From the human T2T-CHM13v2.0 reference genome, Homo sapiens: 64,000 bases of DNA. The DNA lies in assembly GCF_009914755.1 (NCBI RefSeq), contig NC_060932.1; one strand, given 5' to 3'. The notes beneath the pieces are model-generated. The model had not been told where the DNA came from, made no database searches, and worked only from the letters and a program-made list of their open reading frames with translations. This document shows positions 53,313 to 64,000 of the stretch, one piece after another. Position numbers and translations under genes: made by a program. Position 1 is the first letter of the stretch; every line of letters begins with the position of its first letter.

Positions 53313-56300
53313 TCAAACTACTAATACAAAAAGCCACACTTGGATGCAGTTGAGCTCGTGCCACAAAATTTGGAAGGATTATAAAAACGAGAAGTTTTAT
53401 AAATCTCTTCAACTTCTGCAATTGTTTTAATTGGTAAGCATGTCCCAAGCAAAGGAAAGCCTGCTTTACAACACTGAATAACTGCCTGAAGTTTGGCACC
53501 AGTATATTCATATTCAGTTTTTCCAGATATCCTCTTTGCAAAACAGTCCATTTTAAAGCACCTAGAGCTAAATCTGTCTTCACTGAGGTGGACTGTCCAA
53601 TAACTATCCCTTTCAAACATCAGCCACATTTGTTGGGCTTTCTCTTGTTTTACCGTCACATATGAAAACACTGAAAATAATATGCTGTCTTACATTTAAA
53701 TGTTATATATATCTGAAGTTGCAATGGCAACCAACCAAACAACAGTATGAGATTCAAGAGCTCCTGAAGATCACTGGAAAGGACAACAGAGTAGAAGCTT
53801 TTCAGTTCAGCAGAATAACGAAACAGCATTCTTCTCACCTTCAATTCTTCATCCTCATTTTTAAAAAATCATCTTTTTGATTGTGTTAAGTGAGTCCTTG
53901 TGAAATACAATTTCTCACTGAAAAACAGCAACAAAGAATTGCCACCAATGGATAGGCTGGGATGAGGAGAAAGTAGAAAAGTAAAAATGGAGCTTATTCA
54001 AACTCGAAAACTCAAGATATGTTCAGTAGATCAAGAAAAAAGAAGTGTTTTGCAGATGTGTTATTAGGGAACTCTTAATTAACAAAGTCATTTAAATTCT
54101 AAAAATTAAAAATTTAAGAATCTACCATCTAATATTTAATGACTTAATATTTTATCAAATAAATCCAAATTATTTAAAAATACAATAAAATTATTTCTAA
54201 AATAAACACAGCCTGTAGGGAAAGAGTAGAGCTAGGCACAGAGAAAGAAATTACCACTTAGTGAGCACTTATTATGTCAGACTTCCTGCTAAGTGTTCCA
54301 CATATGTTATCTAACTTTATATTCCTCACAATAACTCTAATGAGCTAATCATGATTATTGAAATCCTTTTAGAAAAGCTGTTTACCACAGCTATTACTTC
54401 AGACTCTGACTCCAAAGGCTAGCCAGCCACCCATTTTGAGAGCCTCATTACTTCTTATTGGTGAAGTATACAGTAAATTATTTCTGAATCATTGAAGCAC
54501 AGCACAAATACAAGAGAAATACACAACAAATTTCTAGGTTTCCAGAAACCACATCTTGTCTATATTTGACATTAAATTAACCAATAATAAACCAATAAAT
54601 GCCTGTAAAATTTTAAGTGATAAAACCACCAAAGATTTTTAAATACTACAGTTGATAATTATCACAAATACATAATCAAGCCCCTAAAATGCTGCATTCT
54701 ATGTTACTATTTGAGGCTTGTGCCATGACTACTTTGTAACTAAATACTGGCTTAGATCAAAGATGACCTATACAGGTATATAGATGGAACAGAGATCAGA
54801 TCTAGTACATGTTCTTTGCAGCAAAAAAAACCCACAAAGCTCAATCAGGAGATGCAAATAGCTTAAAAAGCAAGCAAACAAACAAAACCCCACAATTTCC
54901 CAGAAACAAACCAATGATTTCAACAAATACGACAGGGAGGTGGAATGCATAAAAATCTCCTATCTGTTCTGGCATGGGAGCTAACCAAAGTAGGACTTTT
55001 AAGAATAAAATTATAGGCCTCCTTCCCAGCTGCAACATGGGACACCAGTGAGCACTAGGCTGTGAACAGTGAAGGCTCTGTGCCATTATTTAACAAGACA
55101 AACTTTATTCTGTGCTTTCCTCTTCATATCAGACTTTTTGCCAAGCTGCACATACGTTTCAGGCAATGTTCAAAGCTACTAGCAGATGTAGACTTAGGCA
55201 AACAGAATGTGCATTTGAAAAAAGAATTAAATAAGAGTCTACTTTGGGTGGAAAGAATTATGGAGTACACAAGTTTCTTAAAACGTCCATATTCTCTGCA
55301 TCCAATCTGTACCACATATTCCTCTCGTTTCAATTAATACATCTGTTATTAATACCACCCTGTGACTGCTTAAAAATTTTAGTAACAGTTCAATTTTTCA
55401 CAATGAAGTGTCCAATATAAGTTCTATTCTACCTAGACACTAATCTGTTGTATTGTAAAAGAAGTAACAAAAATACTGCCTTTCTTAATCTTACAGAAAT
55501 ATTTTTTAAAATAATGGGTGGTTTAATGTCTTCTTTAAAGTGTTTATGAATTCTGAAAAAATATTTTTTTGAATGCCAAGCTGGGGAATAATGGAATGGG
55601 AATAGGGTGGGGGCAGGCATTGTCGCCCTATTTTATCTTTAAAACTAGTACGAACTTTGACAATTATTAGAAATCAGGTATTCTGAGGTTTTACTGTGTC
55701 TCAAGAAGTCTTCTATGAAATAAATTGGATTCTTCACACAAAACAACACTTACATCCTGTAACAAATTTATATTATCTTCTTAACCAAATCATGAAATAA
55801 AACCATGAGATCTTATTTCTTTGAGGTTATAACAATCTGAAATACATATATACATTTATGGCGTTGGTCATGAAAACACATACACATAGTGGAAGATAGA
55901 GAGCCATCAGGAAGTTAATTCTATGTCATTTGAGATGTGTTTATACAAACAAACTGAATTTACCTGGAAGGGCTCACCATGAAGAACTCTCATATAAAGA
56001 ATAGCTTACTGACCAATGCTACCTCTTGCTACAATTAAGAGCATGGTATGTTAGAAGACCAAATGAGAATCTTTAGTGTTAGGCAAAAAAAAAAAAAAAA
56101 AAAAAAAAAAATTACACTATGTAATAGGCTCTTTCATGAGGACAAGTAACACCTCTTGTCATATTTCCAGGTATTAGATTAATGTTAGCAGAGAGGTGCT
56201 GAAAATATTTCCAAAGAATGGAATATTTAAAAAACGTGATTGTTGTTAACATACTTGAAAAAAGTCACAACTACTGGGAAAGTATAAGTGTGTGTGCATG

Positions 56301-59300
56301 CACCTGTGTGCATGTGTACACGCTCTGCCCCATTCACAAAGGACTTGAGGTAGCTTGCATTAAACCATACAAGGTGATAAGTAATATCAGAACTACAAAA
56401 CATCTTAATTAGAATATAGAAACTAGAAACTGAAGGAGAGGCAGAGACTTGAACAAAGTGAATCAGGCCATGGATATTCTGATTAAAACATACAATTTGG
56501 CTCCAAGCCAAATCAAAGCAAAAAGGAAAACATGGTCATTCATATCCAAAGGGAGACAAATATCAGATCTTAAAGTAGGTGAAACACTTCCTAGTACTTA
56601 ACCCTGAATGAAATTACCCTAACCCTAAAATGAAATTTTCATGTGGGGCTTCAATGAAAACTATTTTAAGAAGACATTTCTGTTATAGAAAAATCATGCT
56701 TGATTTGCCTTTCCTATAAATCTCAGTTTCTAACGTAAATCAAGGAGAGAACGACCTGAGTACTTTTCTAAACACAGAAAACTGTTTGTACAACTTCACA
56801 AAAAAAAAAAAAAAAGATTAAGGGGCTAACAAAATGAATTAATAGTTTCCTTCTATTTACAGAAACAATCTGTAATCAAATTTACAGAAACAATCTGTAC
56901 ATTTCAAACTCCACTTGTTTACAAAACAGAAAGAGATCTATCAGAAGTGAGCACTAAACATTCAAAGGAGAACAAATGATCACTTTTTGGAGGTACTGTT
57001 TGTAGTGTACACACAAAAGTGTGGTGATAATAAATGACCCACAGAATCACTTAACTTTCTTTGCTCCTAAACCATTTACTGGGCACTGCTTGCACTAGGA
57101 GCCTGATAATGCTATAGTGACCTCATCTTCTAAAAGATACTCTCTTCAATAAGGTTGCCCAATGAACTGGTGGTAGTCAACACATTTGTCTCTCTAGGCC
57201 TTAATTTCCTCACCTAGAAAATAATAGTTTCAACTTCCAAACACATGATGATGGCAATTTAAAAAACCTTCCTACAAGCCCAAGGGCTCTTTTGTTTAAT
57301 GAGCATTTTCAAAAGTCCCATAGGTACCACACACCATAAAGGTATAGACTGAGTTTATTAACCCCACCCTCAAACTCTACTACTTCCATATTTTCTCCCT
57401 CAGTTAAGAGGATTTGTGCCGTCAATTGTGACTACTTCTCCAACACTCGGGTTATAATAGTCAACTACCTTCTGAGTAGACTTTGTTTTCCTCAAGGCAA
57501 AAATCATTTAGAACATTTCTAAAAATTTTAAATGGCATAGGAAAATGCTCATGAGGTGCTAAGAGAAAAAAGCAGAATATAAAACTATAAAACATCTATA
57601 AATGCCAGTATGTAAACAGTGTGGACTGCACTCTCCTCCTAAGGAGAAAGACTGGAAAGAAATATGCTAAAATGGTAACGGAATTGTTCTCCAGAGAGTG
57701 AGATCATACAAGGTTTTTGCTTTCTTATTTATTCTTATCATCATTTTCCCATGTTTCTTTGGCAAACGAATTATTCAATGCATACAATGTTAAATAAGTA
57801 CATACATATACATACATACATAGTGACAAAAGTTTTCTGTTGCTTGCCAATTTGCTGATTTTCCCATAGTCACCTATAACCTGGTTACTAGTGCTCCTAA
57901 ACTGTGGGAGCAGCAGGATAGGGTACCAGACTACTCTGAATCTGAAGCACCTAACCTGGTCTGAATAACATCTTTACCACACATTAATTGTGTGACCGGC
58001 GACAAATTAACTAGACTGGCCTCCTCTGTTGCCAAAAAAGAAAACATGGGGAATGTGGGGGTCGTAGGGGCTGGGCAGCGGGGGGTGGGCACAATACTAT
58101 CTACTTCATAAGGCAGTTAAGATTGAACGAAATCATTTGCATCAAAAGCTTGGTGCACTGGAAACCTCAGGAAGAGCTCAAACCCTTACCACCATCACCT
58201 ATTATTCAGAAGTGTTCCTTAGAACCCAGGTACTATGATACTCATCTGGGTCAGAAGGAAATGTTTGTGTAGAATTGGATTGGATTAACTTGGCCTCCAT
58301 GGAGTGTTACGCAAGCTCCCCTTTTCTCATCTCCATATTGGCGACGGGGGAAATCAGGAAAATGGGGAGGGGGACTGGAGATTGTATGTGTCACTACAAA
58401 AATCAAAGTCTATGCATTTCTAACATTCATGTCATGAAACAGAATTCATATGTACAAATAGGAATATGATCAAAAAACAATCTACCATGAGAAAAAAATA
58501 CTTCTAAGATACTAAAAACACTAAGCTAATTATATTCAGTACAATAAAGAACAGATTCAATAAAGAAAGAGACAAGCTACAGAAATTAGATTTCAAGAAA
58601 AGGTAATCTTGGGTGTTCCATTATTACTGTGCATATAACAATATAATTGCATTGTACCATATAAGTTTCTATCTCCTGATTCCATTAATAACTCTTCCAA
58701 AGAGAGGAAATAAGCTTCCTGCCCCTATCCCCAACAGGTGACTTTTTTAAAAAAGGAAAATACTGAGAAGAGCAGTGGGGATGGGAAAGAGGAGTGAGCA
58801 GTAATGCCAGCTTACTCAGGGGACTGGGACAAGGCTATCTGAAAAAACTGCCCACCCAAGTGAATAGCTAAAGTAGGTTAAATATAGCAAACAGCTTTAT
58901 CATACACCATGTATTGCTTAGGAGAAGGGCCCACTCCAGCAACCTCAGCTGCCCAAAGATAAGCTTCCTTTACCTTCAAACATCAGGATGATTTGGATTT
59001 TAAAAAATAGTATCAAAGATATTATAAAAGAAAGCCTGAGGAATATAATTTTTGAAGACTATCCTTAACTGTAACCTAAAGAAGTGGAAGATGGCAAGAA
59101 TGGAAAATGACAGCAGTTATAGAAAAGGTTAGGAAGAGCAAACAATTTCCTATGGTTTAGTTAAACCAGAAAAATAGAAGTTTTTATAACCACACACTCC
59201 ACCCATCCTTTCTTGTCCTCACTTCCTCACCTCTTTCCCTACACACTCTGCTTCTACCAAACACTTTTCGTAGGATAGGAAATACAGCATTCCAAGCTAA

Positions 59301-59419
59301 GAAAAATGATCAAGCAGAAACCTTCATGGCAGCCCATGATAAACGACAAATCTGAGGTTAGGAACCTATGGTTTATTTTTAAATGGGGCCATGTTACATT
59401 TCCTGTTATGACAATATCT

Positions 59420-59560
59420 AACCCAGGAATCCTTATCCTGGGATTTCAAGGAATGTGTGAATTTCCTATAATCATATGCATACGCACTACTATGGAGATA
59501 GTCCAAAGCTTTCACCAAATTCTCAAAGGGGCTCAAGATCTAAAAGGGTCACAAGTACTG
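59420..59560. mobile_element. hAT-Charlie DNA transposon remnant
   Basis: agctttcaccaaattctcaaaggggctcaagatctaaaagggtcacaagtactg resembles a Charlie-group terminus. Confidence 0.5.
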
Positions 59561-61680
59561 AGATGCAATGGAGAACAAACCAAATGTGCTCCTGGAACTC
59601 CCACTGCCTCACAAGTATGTGGGGAGAATGCGGAGGTGAGGCTAGGTGTGAGGCAGTTATCAATCCAGTTCCGGGGCAGCTACAAAGTAGCACAGATCAG
59701 TACTGAGATCACCAAAGATACACTATCAGGACAAGTACAAATGACAGACCAAGGGTTCAGAGAAAACTCCAGCTTTCAGCAGGACAGCCAATAGAATGTG
59801 ACTTTTACCCTTACCCTTCTCCTACCAAAAACACAAAGTGCATGATGAGGGAAGCTGGATGGAGGCTTCACCTAACTACTCTGTGATCCAGACTATTACT
59901 TTCCAGGGTGGAGAAAGAGAAAAAGCTGTGCATGCCCTTACCCGCAAGGTGATATGACCAGAGACTTCTACATTTGAGAAGAATACGTGTTTATAATTTG
60001 GGGGAAAGTTAGTCTCTAGCAAAAATATCACATTATCACATTTTTGATACTCTCAGGACAAATTTTATCCTATGTTAGAAATGTACCTTAGATATAAATA
60101 GCTCTACTGTCACATACTAGGGACTAACTTCAAGCAACCAACAATCCTGTTACTTTTTGCAGTTTTTACACACAGATCTCTTGAAGTCATTACTGAGATT
60201 AGCCTTATCAGCTGCCATTAGGTAATCTGAAGCTCATGAAGATACTTTCCTATGGAGGGCCACTAGGATTAGAGGAAGGTGAAATACAGTATATGAGGGG
60301 GAAGTAAAAAATATTGGACGGCAAAAACATTACTACAGAAAGATGTCCGAAGGCTACAAAACAGATCAAATAATTATCTTCTGCAATTGGCAAACAGGCT
60401 CCTGCCAGATGTTTAAAATAGAATTAACTTCTATGGGCTATACTGATAGAAATAAACTGTACGACTATAAATAAATAAACATCTAGGAAAGCATAAATAA
60501 CTGTCTAGGGAAGGACTATCTTTGTTTTACTTTCCCTAAACTTGCTTCAGCTTGTTTGTCATCCCCTAACGCAGCACAAAAATTGTCGTTCAATGTAGTA
60601 TCCACTGATACTAAGCTAGCAGTGTATCCCAAGGCTTTTGAGAATGTGTCAAAGGCAGACCAAACAATATCTGCATAGGGAGCTAGGTTTAATCAGAGTA
60701 TCTGCAATGTTTCAAAGCATCTCAAACCAGGTAATATCATCTTAACAACAACAAAATCTTCCTTTTCCCCTGAAGAATATACATCTTTTCCTTGCAGAAA
60801 AGATTATGAGGCTCAGTTAGACCAACGCGTTAAATGGCTTTCTCCTTATATTTTGGGGGACAAAAATCGGAAAGAATGAATTCATGCATTCATTCCCATG
60901 ACAATTATTTATTCTGTGTTCTAACTGTGCCAGACCTTCTAGGTGCTGTCCAGCATAGGGCAGTAAAGACAGAGAAAGCTCCTGCAGCTGACATAGTAGT
61001 GTAGAGGAGCAGACAGGGCACACAGACTGACAGTCAGCATTCTAGGGTCTACTCAAATGCTTAACGTTTGTTCCCTAAAGAAAATATCTGGGTAATCCCA
61101 CAGAGTTCTCCACACCTTTAAATTAAACAAACTATCTCTGTCAAGAACCACCAAAAAATTGAGCTTGGAAGTCAAAGGCCCAGCTTCATACCTTGTAAAA
61201 TAATACAGTGTAGAAGAATAGTTGCAGGCTGAGAAAACAGAAGATCTGAATTGCAATTTTGGCTCTGCCATTACAAATAATAAATCAAAGCAGAGAAAAA
61301 CCTCCGCAAAACCTAAATGCCCTTAAAAATAGTTTAAAAATAACCTAATTTTTAATTTATTCCAAATGAAAAAATTGTCTGGTTTAATGTTTATTACAAT
61401 GGTATGGAGGCAAAATAGTAAAACAGCAATGAGTATCCTTGTTAGATAGAGAAAGCTGACATTTTAAAAGAGTTAAAGCAGAGACAGATAAAAATCTGCC
61501 GTGAATAAAATTCCATGTATTTCTTTGCTAAGTTTTGGTATTAGAATCAATTATCTCTACTGTGTGTTCAAAAACTAGTATTCCATAGAGATAAGTGGAA
61601 AAAGATAGTTTCACTAAAAATATGGTCTAGAAATCCTAATAACCTGAAATGAAAAGAAAATAAAAATAAGACTCAAAACA

Positions 61681-61993
61681 GGCCAGGTACAGTGGCTCAC
61701 GCCCGTAATCCCAACACTTTGGAAGGCTAAGGCGGGAGGACTGCTTGAAGCCATGAGTTCGAGACCAGCGCAGATGACATAGCATCTTTACAAAAAAATT
61801 TTAAAAATTAGCCAGGCATGGTGGCTGTAGTCCTAGCTATTCAGGAGAAGGAGGTATTCAGGAGAACGAGGTGGAAGGATCACCTGGGTCCAGTAGTTTG
61901 AGGCTGCAGTGAGCTATGATCATGCCACTGCACTCCAGCCTAGTCCACAGAGTGAAACCCTATCTCTTAAAAAAGAAAAAAAGAAAAAAAAAA
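61681..61993 (+). mobile_element. AluJ with a 17-bp internal tandem duplication
   Basis: tattcaggagaaggagg tattcaggagaacgagg at ~61838-61871. Confidence 0.88.
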
Positions 61994-63126
61994 CTTGAAA
62001 CAGTGGTCAGTGGTCAGGAGAGGGAGAATACCAACAAGAATCACAATTTAAGAAATGACAAGATTTCTAGTCTAAAGATGACACCAAAGAGCTTATGTGG
62101 GTTCCCTGACAGAAAATCGGCCTCAAGATAATCTGAAAAGGAGGAGGAGGCAGCTCAAGATCTGTCATCAGATCTTCCTCCCAACACTTTAAATTTTATT
62201 CCAGACAAACAAGAACGCCTCTCTCAAACATTTACCATTTGCAGACCCTTTAAAAGACATATGGCACTCATGAAATCCACTGAGTCCAAGTTTTAAAAAG
62301 TTATCCCAATCTTAATTATATAACTTAAAGTTTTAATAAAATTACAAAAAAAAAAAAAAAACCCCACAAAAAACTGCTGTGTGCCAATGACAGGGACAAA
62401 GATGATTTGTACCTCTCCCCAGGGTTTCAATACACAGCCAGGAGGCAATGGCTTGCACTATAGGTTCCATGTCTAGGAAGCTTATTTTCTCAATTTTTAC
62501 TAAATTAGAAGCTCTTTACTCAGACTTTTAAAACATCAGCAAAAGCAGCAAGCATTTGGTCACTGCCGGAGGATCCTAGATATATAAACAAAATAGAGAC
62601 TCCAAAATTAAGACTCCACCCTAAATGTCTAAGAAACACACTATATCTAAAAATTAATATTTCAATTACGGGGATTTGATTCCGATCCTTTAAAGCTCTG
62701 GAAGCTATTCATATCATACTGTGGTATTTAGATGCGGTTTTCAAAAATATGCCCAGTAATCTCATCAATTTCTTCCTCTAATAAAATTATCAAGGTTTAG
62801 TAAAGAAAAAACATCTTACTAACTCCAGTATGATAACCTAAATGTTAAAAAACTGTGATATTTTTGCTCAGAAATAATGCTGTCAAGCTACCCAGGAAAC
62901 TATATGTTTAGCAAAGCATGTCACTTTGGCAAATTATTTATAAAAATAGAAATGGCTTTATTGGCATTAACTGTGTCATAAATAAGGGGTAAAAATGTAA
63001 TCTCGTCTCTAACTTCGAAGATTCATGCAAGCATCTTTCTCCTCACAGGCAGTATGGAAAAGCAGGGTCAGACTTAAGCTCATGCCACACGTTTTTCATT
63101 CAGCACACTGTAAAGAGGAATACTTG

Positions 63127-63430
<304 letters not shown>

Positions 63431-64000
63431 GATGAACACTTAAAGGTGGAAATTTTAAATTTATTATTTTGACTACTTCCTTCCACAATGAATTAAGATT
63501 AGAAAGTATAATACATTATTTCATAAAGCCCAAGACTCTGCTGAGTAGAAGAAGGAAAGAGAGCTGGCAATTTTAATTCTAAGACATCATATATTAACAG
63601 ATGCATCCCAATTTCATAGAGTTCAGGTGCAAAAAAAGAGGCCTGGGGGTGGAGGTGGGGGGGGGGTGGGGGGGAAGGGATTCTAAAGCAGATAAAGCTG
63701 TTCCCAGCAAACGAAGTAGTGGATGGGGAGGCACTGTGGTAGCAATATCCTCTTCTTGAAGCACAGCTGCATTCTATCATACGCATTCTATCCATCCCAC
63801 TTTTTCCAGTCTATGTCATAACTCAACACAATTGTTAAATAGAAAGTCTCTTCCCTTGAATCAGGGATTTTCCATTACAAACGAAAAAAGAAAACACCTA
63901 GTACCTCTCCATACAAGAACACATATGTTCAGAATGAATACTCCTGAGCAGATCAACTACGAGCCTGAATATCTAGTAATGTGCACAATTAAAATAAGTG

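Noticed and set aside
56616-56630. Telomere-like ccctaaccctaa
   Set aside because: Only two units, which is expected by chance.
59306-59794. 162-aa plus-strand ORF
   Set aside because: It is antisense within intron 2, overlaps a DNA-transposon remnant and has no recognisable homology.

Overview
Primate (almost certainly human) genomic DNA from 8q23.3-q24.11. It is Alu, LINE and LTR rich and CpG depleted. The right half holds the 3' part of EIF3H (eIF3 subunit h, MPN family) on the minus strand. Coding exons 3-8 were read directly from the sequence with canonical AG/GT boundaries and consistent phases; together they encode residues 97-352 plus the stop codon. Exons 1-2 lie beyond the right edge, so 48315-64000 is intron 2. 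Proximal (~34165) and candidate distal (~31466) poly(A) signals follow the stop. The left ~31 kb is intergenic and repeat rich, and from memory contains the 8q23.3 colorectal-cancer risk interval. Almost all ORFs in the supplied track are spurious. I see no prokaryote-style system (CRISPR, defence island, operon) and no clearly new biological system. The most unusual items are a 5'-inverted Alu, a palindromic 27-bp minisatellite apparently built by template switching, a tiny TSD-flanked retro-insertion of unknown source, a junction-spanning ORF in an exon 3-5 circle, and candidate regulatory motif clusters. Repeat subfamily names come from recalled consensus sequences and need Dfam/RepeatMasker confirmation.
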